Notes under the pieces: generated by a model
What the model was told of the DNA's origin: nothing
Seen by the model: the letters and a program-made list of their open reading frames with translations, nothing else
Database searches by the model: none
Made by a program: the position numbers and the translations under genes
Part shown: in pieces, positions 24,089-31,760 of the stretch
Layout: each line of letters begins with the position of its first letter
Position numbering within the stretch: the first letter of the stretch is position 1
Origin: Hyphomicrobiales bacterium
Lineage (GTDB): Bacteria > Pseudomonadota > Alphaproteobacteria > Rhizobiales > Methyloligellaceae
NCBI GenBank assembly: GCA_003228955.1
Contig: QIGN01000126.1
Location: 6,873-38,872, forward strand
Length of the DNA stretch: 32,000 nucleotides
Reading direction: 5' to 3'

Positions 24089-27000
24089 GAATTTGCGCTT
24101 CCCTGCGTTGTCCGCGCCCATATGCGGCGCTCAGCTGATAGACATTGATGTTGTAAGTGGACTGGGGTGTGCCCCAGTCGGCAATCTGGTCTGCCTCGCT
24201 ATAGGTCACGCTCATCACCTCGCTGGCGAGCGTACGTTTCACTAACGCACCATTCAGAATGTCGACCACATAGCGCTCGGTATCTTCTGCCAGAGGAACT
24301 TCCGACGTTTCCCAGCTGTCTCCGCCAAGCCGCGTGCGGCGCACCCACGAAATCACGACATCGTTGCCGGCGGGCGCGGCCCGGATGTGAACCGGGCTCA
24401 ATGGACGCAAACCAAGGCCGGAGAAGGCGCGAACCTGGTCCTGATAGGAGGCATGGCCGATATCCCGGCTGATGGGCCCGTATTTCCAGTTGAATTCGAG
24501 GGCGATCTCATCGGCCGTCATATCCACCTGGGCAACGGCTGAATCGAGAAACACAAAGCGTGCGCCGGCGGGAACAGGATCAGCCATCGCTTGCTCGGTG
24601 CCGGCCTGTCCGCGCAGCAGGAAGGACAGCTCATATGTTGATGGCGCAACCAGCGTGGCATCGCGAAACTGGAACACCTCCCAGTCGCTAGCCGGATTTT
24701 CGATGGCCGCCGTGTTTGCACCGCCGAGCAGGGCCAGTTCGGTCACCGACTGAAGGTCGCCATTGTCGAGGCGCACCCGGCAGATATTCGCGCGGTCAAA
24801 CCGGCTGGTGGGTCCCGATGAGAAATCCAACTCGCTCACTCCGAGCGTTGCGGGCGCGGTCGCCAGCGCCTTGACGACGAAGCCGGTGCTTTCCGGGGAC
24901 CGGTAGAAGGCAACCGCGCCGGGCCACGGCGACTGGTACGCGGACACATACCCGGCATGGGCTTCTTCATCGCCGCGCAGCAATGGCAGGTCCATGAATG
25001 TCGCCAGGGCCTGGCCGTAGACTGCAGGCGTGGCTTGTGGCGCATTGCGCAGCGGCGTGCGCAGCGCGGTAAAGACTTCCGGTTCGATGGAGCGTGCTTC
25101 GAGTTCCTTGTCTACTCCTTCCCTCATCTCAATGATTCGCAACGGCAAGGTCTGATTTCCAACCTGAAGCGAAACCAGATCCGTCGGCTCCAGCGCCATG
25201 CGGCTTGGCGGCAAGGCAAAACTGGCCCGTTGCCGCGCGGTCCAGGCTTCCTGCAGCCAGGATTCGGCCATGGCCTGGGCCTGGGCCTGGGCCATCACAA
25301 CCGGCACGCTGGCGGTCGATACCCGTTCGGAGCGCACCGCGAGACGGCGCGCCTCGACAGCCGCCTGCCGGTATTGCGTATTGCCGTCGATATAGGTGAG
25401 CTTCGCCGAAAGCGGCAGTTCAGTTTCCTGACCGCGCGTTATTTCAAACAACTCGCGCTCTTTGCCGCGATCAACCAGATCGTCGGCGACAAGTTGCGCG
25501 GCCGTCCCGCCGGCGCCGCGATGCCTGAACTGAATGAGGCCGCCGGACTCGTAGCTGTCGAAAAAGAAGGCCAGCTCAAGGCTCTGCAGCGCCTCGCGGG
25601 CGGACATGATGCGATCAATCACATAGCCGTCGAGATGCCCGGTGAGCTGCGCCGCCGAATGGCGCGCGAAGCCATAATCGTTCAGAATTTGCGCAACGAC
25701 AGCCGGCAGCGGCCCGCCCGCGGCCCGGCCCGTCAGCCAGTGTCCGAACTCCCAGTTGCCCCCGTCCGACCAGACATCGAGCGCCAGGGGAAAGGCCGGA
25801 TAGGGCCGCGCATCCCATGTGTAAACATAGAGGCGGGTAATATCGACCATCTCGCCGCCAAAGATCGACGATGCCGGGTTCGAGCCGGCGACATAATCAA
25901 TATGAGCGGGATCGAAAAAGTCATAGAAAGACTGAATGTAGCGCCGCTGAATGAGATCATCGCGGGTGGTTCTGGAAAAGTAAGGCGTCTGCGACTCCGA
26001 ACTTTTCGGGTCGATAAATACATTCGGCTGATTGGATCCCTTGTCGACCGCCGGGCAGCCAAGCTCGGTGAACCAGATGGGTTTCGATTCCGGCACCCAG
26101 GGCGTCGGCGTACCCGATTCTACACCGCCTGGCCGGTTGAAATGCTGGTTCTGCCACCAGGAACGGATATCCTTGAAGCGGAACACCCACGGCTTGGCGT
26201 GAGCTCCGTCGGTGATTGGGGACCGCGTCTGAGAGGTACGATCCGCATCACTGGCGTAGAACCAGTCATAGCCCTCACCGCCGAAAATATTTCCTTTAAG
26301 ATAATCGAAATCATGGATAGAGGAGGCGCCGGCGAGCCGATCCGAATGAGCCTCGCCGTCGCGCCAGTCGGACAACGGCCAGTAAACGTCAATGGCGATG
26401 GCGTCGATATCCGGCGATGACCATAAGGGGTCCAGATGGAAGGTGACATCGCCTGAGCCATCGCCAGGCTGATGGCCGAAATATTCCGACCAGTCGGCCG
26501 CGTAAGTGACTTTGGCGCCGGGGCCGAGTATGGATTTTACATCGCTGGCGAGCGCGACAAGCGCATCCACGAACGGGTAGCTCACAGCCCCGTCCCTCAC
26601 CTGCGTGAGGCCGCGCAATTCCGAGCCAATGACAAAGGCATCGACACCACCGGCCGCCTGACACAGATGCGCATAGTGCAGCACCATACGGCGCAGACTC
26701 CATTCGGCCGGGCCCGAATAACTCACGCTCTGCCCGGTGACGGCAAAGTCACCCGGCACCGCTGTCCCGACCAGATTTGAGACCTGGACTGCGGCGGCAG
26801 CCGTTTTATCGGGCGAACCGGGCTGACCCGCTGCCGGGTCCACCGTGATACGGCCCCGCCAGGGGTAGACCGGCTGGCTTGCCGCACCGGTATAGGGGTC
26901 GATCAGGGCGTTGCCATCCGGCACATCCATCATCACGAAAGGCGTAAACGTCACCGCAACACCGCGCGTATTCAGGTCCTGTATAGCCGAGACGATGGAG

Positions 27001-28073
27001 TCATCAGAAGGCGTGCCGCCGAAAGCGGGACGCCCCTCATGGGTTGAAATCAGATGGGCGCCCGCACGGCTCGTCCCGCCAACGCTCCAGGTCTTGGGAA
27101 ATGTGACCTTGTTCTGGATTTCCACGCCGGGGCGCAGCTCGCACTGGCCGGCGCGCAAGTCACTGCCGAACCAGCTGACGAAAAGCGACGCCGCGCCAAC
27201 ATTGGGAAAGGCTTCCTGAAGCTGATTGATGGCGACATTCCAGTCGGTCCCGCCTTGTGCGGAATGAACATTCTCGGTGACTGTGGCGCCGCCGCCCGCA
27301 TCGCGGACAATTTCCTCGCTTTCATAGACGAACTCACCCGAGGCCGGGATGATTGTTATGGCCCTGACGGTGTCCTCGAACGTGTCGACGGTGCGGAACA
27401 CTTCAAAATTCAACTGCGGCAGCCGGTTGCCGAAGCGCGCGAGCGCCATGCGCTCAAACACGACATATGCGATCCCGCGATAGGCGGGCGCGTTCCCTGC
27501 CCCCTCCTTGGTTTCCATGAGGCTGTCGGGCTGCTGGGTATCGCTTCCCCGGTAAACCCGGATGGTGAAATCCGATTGATTGAGTTCCTTGCCATCGGCC
27601 CAGATGCGGCCTATCCGGGTCACTTCGCCTTCGCAAATGGCATAGGCGATATTGGCGAAGTAATGATACTCGATCTGCGTGGTCTGCTGTGGCCGGCTGC
27701 CACCGCCTCGACCGCCGCCGCCGAGACCTTTCCCGCCGCCGGATGCGGCCTGTGTCGTGGTCTTGATGACCTCCTCTTCAAAATGTGTTGCCCAGATGAG
27801 CTGCCCCGGCAGGCGAACCCGTCCATAGCTGCGCGCAATATGCCCCCCTTCCGTCGAGGAGGACACCTTCAGGTCGGATAGGCGCGCGCCTTCCTGCTGG
27901 CGCTGCTGGCCCGAGGGAGCGAACAGGGCCTGATCGATTACGCTGCCCGCGATCGAGCCCAGAGCCGTACCGATCGACGCACCTGAAAGGGCCGTGCCCA
28001 GTACGGACAGCCCAGAGGGCAAGGCCGCTCCGCCGACTGCGGCTCCAACCGCGCCAAGCGCCAAAGTTGCCAC
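24081..28073 (-). CDS. RcGTA g15-like host-specificity / baseplate hub protein (GTA TIM-barrel-like domain + phage-tail_3 domain)
   Basis: 1330-aa ORF with a glycine-rich N-terminal segment, a central TIM-barrel-like region (FVIGSELRGLT, WFTELGCPAVDKGSNQPN) and a position after the g14 homologue. GTG start. Confidence 0.92.
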   Translation of the reverse strand: MATLALGAVGAAVGGAALPSGLSVLGTALSGASIGTALGSIAGSVIDQALFAPSGQQRQQEGARLSDLKVSSSTEGGHIARSYGRVRLPGQLIWATHFEEEVIKTTTQAASGGGKGLGGGGRGGGSRPQQTTQIEYHYFANIAYAICEGEVTRIGRIWADGKELNQSDFTIRVYRGSDTQQPDSLMETKEGAGNAPAYRGIAYVVFERMALARFGNRLPQLNFEVFRTVDTFEDTVRAITIIPASGEFVYESEEIVRDAGGGATVTENVHSAQGGTDWNVAINQLQEAFPNVGAASLFVSWFGSDLRAGQCELRPGVEIQNKVTFPKTWSVGGTSRAGAHLISTHEGRPAFGGTPSDDSIVSAIQDLNTRGVAVTFTPFVMMDVPDGNALIDPYTGAASQPVYPWRGRITVDPAAGQPGSPDKTAAAAVQVSNLVGTAVPGDFAVTGQSVSYSGPAEWSLRRMVLHYAHLCQAAGGVDAFVIGSELRGLTQVRDGAVSYPFVDALVALASDVKSILGPGAKVTYAADWSEYFGHQPGDGSGDVTFHLDPLWSSPDIDAIAIDVYWPLSDWRDGEAHSDRLAGASSIHDFDYLKGNIFGGEGYDWFYASDADRTSQTRSPITDGAHAKPWVFRFKDIRSWWQNQHFNRPGGVESGTPTPWVPESKPIWFTELGCPAVDKGSNQPNVFIDPKSSESQTPYFSRTTRDDLIQRRYIQSFYDFFDPAHIDYVAGSNPASSIFGGEMVDITRLYVYTWDARPYPAFPLALDVWSDGGNWEFGHWLTGRAAGGPLPAVVAQILNDYGFARHSAAQLTGHLDGYVIDRIMSAREALQSLELAFFFDSYESGGLIQFRHRGAGGTAAQLVADDLVDRGKERELFEITRGQETELPLSAKLTYIDGNTQYRQAAVEARRLAVRSERVSTASVPVVMAQAQAQAMAESWLQEAWTARQRASFALPPSRMALEPTDLVSLQVGNQTLPLRIIEMREGVDKELEARSIEPEVFTALRTPLRNAPQATPAVYGQALATFMDLPLLRGDEEAHAGYVSAYQSPWPGAVAFYRSPESTGFVVKALATAPATLGVSELDFSSGPTSRFDRANICRVRLDNGDLQSVTELALLGGANTAAIENPASDWEVFQFRDATLVAPSTYELSFLLRGQAGTEQAMADPVPAGARFVFLDSAVAQVDMTADEIALEFNWKYGPISRDIGHASYQDQVRAFSGLGLRPLSPVHIRAAPAGNDVVISWVRRTRLGGDSWETSEVPLAEDTERYVVDILNGALVKRTLASEVMSVTYSEADQIADWGTPQSTYNINVYQLSAAYGRGQRREAQIHV

Positions 28074-28507
28074 TATTCAACTCCTGGAAAAATGAAGGAG
28101 GCCGCGCAATGCCGGCGCCACCAGCTTCCAAAATGGACTTCGCAGGCGGGTCCATGTTCCATGGCGTGGATCATGGTGCCCTTTGTTGCCAGGATTGCCA
28201 TATGCTTGGCCATGGCTGCGCTCCTTAGTCTGAACACCAGAATGTCGCCAGGTTCGGCGGCTTGCGGTTCCCGTTCGTGCAGATGCCGGCGTGCGCCCAG
28301 CAACAGGGTTTCCGCCCCATTCCCTTCCGCCCAATCCGGCGTATAGGGCGGCATTGGCTCGGGCTCCGCGCCGCACAACTCGCGATAGATGCCGCGAACA
28401 AGCCCCAGACAGTCGCAGCCCGCGCCCTTAAGGCTTGCCTGTTGGTGATAGGGCGTGCCGATCCACTCGCGCGCCACCTCGACGACACGCACCCGCGAAA
28501 GACTCAA
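28073..28507 (-). CDS. NlpC/P60-family cell-wall peptidase (RcGTA g14-like)
   Basis: EWIGTPYHQQASLKGAGCDCLGLVRGIYREL (catalytic Cys) and HMAIL...IHA (His). TTG start is uncertain. Confidence 0.88.
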   Translation of the reverse strand: MSLSRVRVVEVAREWIGTPYHQQASLKGAGCDCLGLVRGIYRELCGAEPEPMPPYTPDWAEGNGAETLLLGARRHLHEREPQAAEPGDILVFRLRSAAMAKHMAILATKGTMIHAMEHGPACEVHFGSWWRRHCAASFIFPGVE

Positions 28508-29397
28508 GAAAAGAAGCTCCCGCCATCATTTTGCGGGTCGTCGCTGTTGGGATAGGACACGGCGAAATCATTGCCCGGGATGTGCGGGAAGCCGCGAAAA
28601 TTCACGGCGTTATTGAACTTGTCCCGGCAGGTCGAAAACTGTTTGTCACAACCGGCACTCGCCGCGAAAGCGTCGCCGACGGCAATGGGCTGGCTCATGC
28701 GCTGCCAAAGCTCGATGGTGACCGTTGTGTCGGCCTTTGTGTGGAGCTTGATCTCCATTTTCTGAAGCGCGTTCGCACCGCTGGTCCAGGTGAGAAGACC
28801 GCGCGTGAACCAGTCACTGGTGAAGGCGTCAAGGCCACTCACTGTCACCACGCGTGCGCCATCGATCTGAGCAACGCTGCCCGTACCCTTGAAGGCGGCA
28901 AGTTCGTGATCGACCGTACAGCGCGCATCGCCCAGATCCGCGTCGCAACCAAACTGGTAGAGACGGCCCTTGGGCTGCTGCAACTCATGGGCGAGACCCC
29001 GCACCTCGGCGCGGAATGAATGGCGCCCGCGCGTCACTTCTCCCAGATGCCCGGCGCGGATGAGTAAGCGCTGCCCGGTATCGCCCCAGTTAACCCGGAA
29101 GATTTCGACTTCAGCGCCATCGAACAGACCCGCGGCCAGATCGCCCTCGTTCAGGGTGCCGGAACGCAGCACGCTCTCCACATCGAGATTATCCACACCG
29201 AGGCCGACCGTGCTCTCGACGTCACTCGCCGTGAACCCGCTCGCCGCTTCGAATGTGGTGCCGTCGAAAACGAGATCATAGTCGTGATCGGTAAAGCCAA
29301 GCGTGACGCCATCGGCGCGAATGATACGCCAGCACCAGCACAGGGTCGTCGTGCCGGTATCCAGATGCGCCTGCAACCCGGTGGGTAGCACCCTCAT
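28504..29397 (-). CDS. DUF2163 / BR0599-family tail protein (RcGTA g13-like)
   Basis: LQAHLDTGTTTLCWCWRIIRADGVTLGFTDHD and C-terminal GCDKQFSTCRDKFNNAVNFRGFPHIPG motifs. ATGA overlap with g12. Confidence 0.9.
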   Translation of the reverse strand: MRVLPTGLQAHLDTGTTTLCWCWRIIRADGVTLGFTDHDYDLVFDGTTFEAASGFTASDVESTVGLGVDNLDVESVLRSGTLNEGDLAAGLFDGAEVEIFRVNWGDTGQRLLIRAGHLGEVTRGRHSFRAEVRGLAHELQQPKGRLYQFGCDADLGDARCTVDHELAAFKGTGSVAQIDGARVVTVSGLDAFTSDWFTRGLLTWTSGANALQKMEIKLHTKADTTVTIELWQRMSQPIAVGDAFAASAGCDKQFSTCRDKFNNAVNFRGFPHIPGNDFAVSYPNSDDPQNDGGSFFS

Positions 29398-30032
29398 AGT
29401 CTGATCTCCACTACCGGAATGTTCTGAATTTGCCCGGCCTCGAAGGTCGTGAGGTCGATTTTGAGCTCATCGGTATCAAAACGGACGGGCACATCGAACT
29501 CGAACCCGGCCGTCACCTGCACGCCAACGGCAGGCTCTTTGCCCGGCACGAAGGTGACGATGCCCGTCGTGGGATCGACGATATAATCTGTCGTTTCGGT
29601 TTGCGCAGCACCGTCAAGCGCCATCAGAACCGTGCCGGAGACGGGCTTGGTGATCGCCCGCGCATAGGGCGCGAAGGACCCGCCATAGGTCTTGATCAGC
29701 TGGAACGCCGCCGTCGTACCATCGCCCGCCCCCAGAAGCTGATCGGTAAGGCTTGGAGTATCCTGCGGAGGACCGGATTTATTATCCGTCCGGTCGCTCC
29801 AGCGGAAGCCGTAGAGCCGCCCGCGCCGCTCCTCGAAAAACCCAATGACATCATGGAGATCGTTGCGCGTTTTGACACCGTATCCCGCATTGTAGCTGCG
29901 CCGCGAGTCGGCCCAGCGTGTGTTTCGCTCTTCATGCCCCGAGCCCAGAACAATCACCTCCGTGCGCCGTTCAGGCCCGCCGGAAGACGCAATGGAAATT
30001 CGCGTGGGGAACCGGATTTCGTGGAAATTCAT
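29394..30032 (-). CDS. DUF2460 / TIGR02217 distal tail protein (RcGTA g12-like)
   Basis: MNFHEIRFPTRISIASSGGPERRTEVIVLGSGHEERNTRW and GRLYGFRWSD motifs. Confidence 0.9.
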   Translation of the reverse strand: MNFHEIRFPTRISIASSGGPERRTEVIVLGSGHEERNTRWADSRRSYNAGYGVKTRNDLHDVIGFFEERRGRLYGFRWSDRTDNKSGPPQDTPSLTDQLLGAGDGTTAAFQLIKTYGGSFAPYARAITKPVSGTVLMALDGAAQTETTDYIVDPTTGIVTFVPGKEPAVGVQVTAGFEFDVPVRFDTDELKIDLTTFEAGQIQNIPVVEIRL

Positions 30033-30044
30033 GCGTGTTGCTTT

Positions 30045-30635
30045 CTAAAGATTCCGTCCGCCGCGCGAGACGGCGCGGTTGAGCATGGCCGCCACTTGTG
30101 ACTCTGAGCGCCGGAAGCTCTCGGCATCCGGTGTCGTCACGTTGAAATTGATGGTCACCCCGCCGCGCCCCTCGGATCGCACGCCAAGACGCCCGTCGCT
30201 CCCGCGCGCCAGCGGTAAAATCGCTTCCGGTCCCGCTTCCCCCGCAAGCCCCGTGCGCCCGCCCGCGAGCGGAAACGTGGTCGGCGAGGCGATGACACCG
30301 CCACGCGCGAACGGGACCGGAGTGCCACGGGCCAATACGCCGCCCTTCTGAAACCCGAGCGCGCGCGTCAATGCGCCCGTCAGGCTGCCGCCGATGGCCT
30401 TGCCAAGCGGGTTGATCGCCGCCTTGAATGCGGTGCGCGAGAGCGACAGCGCCAGACTTTTCGCCACGTCGGAGAGCTTCTTGCCCCTCACGGCCGCATC
30501 GGTGAAGGCGCGCGTGAGCGAGGAGCCGAAGCTGCGCCCGGCACGGGCTGCCAGGTCCATTTCCCTGCGGGTCTCGGCGACGCCCTGGCGCAACCGTTCA
30601 AGGTCGCCATTGTCGCGGAACGAAAACTCTTCCAT
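30045..30635 (-). CDS. Short tail tape measure protein (RcGTA g11-like)
   Basis: 196 aa with a helical N-terminal half and a Gly-rich C-terminal half (FARGGVIASPTTFPLAGGRTGLAGEAGPEAILPL). Located between the chaperones and g12. Confidence 0.85.
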   Translation of the reverse strand: MEEFSFRDNGDLERLRQGVAETRREMDLAARAGRSFGSSLTRAFTDAAVRGKKLSDVAKSLALSLSRTAFKAAINPLGKAIGGSLTGALTRALGFQKGGVLARGTPVPFARGGVIASPTTFPLAGGRTGLAGEAGPEAILPLARGSDGRLGVRSEGRGGVTINFNVTTPDAESFRRSESQVAAMLNRAVSRGGRNL

Positions 30636-30820
30636 CAGGTCTCCTGCTCGATTGATTGATCCGGATAACGGCCCATGAGCGCGCCGAATTCATGCTGGGA
30701 TATGGGCGCGGCCGCCCAGGCGGCGCCGGTATGTCCTTCGACTGCGGCATTCAATTCGGACATGCTCATGGACCAGAAATGCGCAGGAGGGAGGCGCAGA
30801 ACGCCAAGGCCGAGCGCCAT
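30635..30820 (-). CDS. rcc01693-family protein (RcGTA g10.1-like). Probably the C-terminal part of a g10-g10.1 frameshift fusion
   Basis: MALGLGVLRLPPAHFWSMSMSELNAA...LMGRYPD. The family-like sequence (DPIDWKRL) continues upstream of the ATG in the same frame, with no start codon there. Confidence 0.75.
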   Translation of the reverse strand: MALGLGVLRLPPAHFWSMSMSELNAAVEGHTGAAWAAAPISQHEFGALMGRYPDQSIEQET

Positions 30821-30843
30821 GAGGCGCTTCCAGTCGATGGGGT

Positions 30844-31257
30844 CTATGTCGCCGTTATGCCCGTCTTGTGCTCCGGCGCTGACACCGGAGTCTGAGGCGG
30901 CTTTCCCACGGGGTCTGACGCCCCCTCCCCGCCAGATGTCTCGATCTGCGCAACACCGAATGTGGCCGTCAGCAATGCCGCAACGATTTCCACGAAGCCC
31001 GCCGCGCCGCCCTCCGCCTTCATGGCGGAGACGGCGTCATCGGTGATGTCATAGCCTGCGCCGCGCAGGCCCGCGCCAAGGATGCGGATGGTATCGCGCG
31101 CGGTGATGCGCCCCGCTTCGAAGCGCTCCACCACGCCCAGCATGTCATCTTCGCCAAAGGCGTGTTCGAGCTCGGCAAGCGCGCCAAGGGTGAGGCAGAG
31201 GCGATAGCGCTTGCCGTCAAGTTCGGCCTCGATTTCCCCGCGATGACTGTTGGCCAT
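30844..31257 (-). CDS. GTA tail assembly chaperone (RcGTA g10-like)
   Basis: Trimmed to ATG 31257: MANSHRGEIEAELDGKRYRLCLTLGALAELEHAFG is the typical g10 N-terminus. Confidence 0.85.
   Translation of the reverse strand: MANSHRGEIEAELDGKRYRLCLTLGALAELEHAFGEDDMLGVVERFEAGRITARDTIRILGAGLRGAGYDITDDAVSAMKAEGGAAGFVEIVAALLTATFGVAQIETSGGEGASDPVGKPPQTPVSAPEHKTGITAT
30871..30907 (-). promoter_or_regulatory. Candidate programmed -1 ribosomal frameshift signal (slippery heptamer + stem-loop)
   Basis: On the minus strand, G GGA AAG at 30907-30901 is in the g10 zero frame (codons 118-119). Ten nt downstream is an 8-bp stem with tetraloop, CTCCGGTG-TCAG-CGCCGGAG (30890-30871). The -1 frame is the g10.1 frame. 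Confidence 0.55.
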
Positions 31258-31285
31258 ATCTGTCCGGCTCAAGCGGCGGTGAAGG

Positions 31286-31654
31286 TCAGAGCGCCGGCGG
31301 ATTCGAGCGCCAGTCATAGGTCACCTCGCCGTCGTGATTTCCGGCGAACTCCAGCGCGGTGATCTGCATCGCGCCCTGAACCGTACCGAAGTCCGGCACA
31401 ATCACCTGCCAGTCGCGGATCGTTCCGTTGAAGAAGAGGCCGCGCACGGTCTCGTCCGACGCGGCGTCTTTAAAGATGCCGCTCCCCGCCACCCGCGCCG
31501 ACTTGATGCCGCCGCCGGTGAGCAGCTCGCGCCACTGCCCGGCACTCTCGGAGTCGGTCACATCGACACTCTCCGTCCCCGCAACAGTCGTGAACGCGCC
31601 AAGCCCGTCGCTGTCGACCTTCAACAGAAGGTCCTTGCCCTTTTGAGCAACCAT
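31286..31654 (-). CDS. Major tail protein, TP901-1 family (RcGTA g9-like), apparently frameshifted near the 3' end
   Basis: MVAQKGKDLLLKVDSDG...VDVTDSESAGQWRELL...GSGIFKD...DWQVIVPDFG...ALEFAGNHDGEVTY. The expected C-terminus LALESAGALTFTAA-stop is encoded in the +1 frame (31313-31269). Good SD (GGAGATAATTGA). Confidence 0.85.
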   Translation of the reverse strand: MVAQKGKDLLLKVDSDGLGAFTTVAGTESVDVTDSESAGQWRELLTGGGIKSARVAGSGIFKDAASDETVRGLFFNGTIRDWQVIVPDFGTVQGAMQITALEFAGNHDGEVTYDWRSNPPAL

Positions 31655-31694
31655 TCAATTATCTCCGTGATGTTTGGGTGGGTGCCGCATGGGC

Positions 31695-31725
31695 AACAAA
31701 AAAGCGCCCCGGGATGGGGGCGCTT
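31695..31725 (-). terminator. Rho-independent terminator (minus-strand sense) between g8 and g9
   Basis: Stem GCGCCCC / GGGGCGC (31704-31710 / 31717-31723), extendable by two A-T pairs. On the minus strand it is followed by TTTTTTGTT. Sits in an unusual ~105-nt gap in an otherwise overlapping gene array. Confidence 0.6.
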
Positions 31726-31760
31726 GGGGTGTTCTTTAAGTTAAAGAAACTGTCTGGACC

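Noticed and set aside
24957-26420. 487-aa plus-strand ORF (and 27054..27881, 275 aa)
   Set aside because: Both are antisense to the 1330-aa g15 homologue. Their composition is Arg/Gly/Pro-rich and they carry no recognisable domains, so I read them as shadow ORFs.
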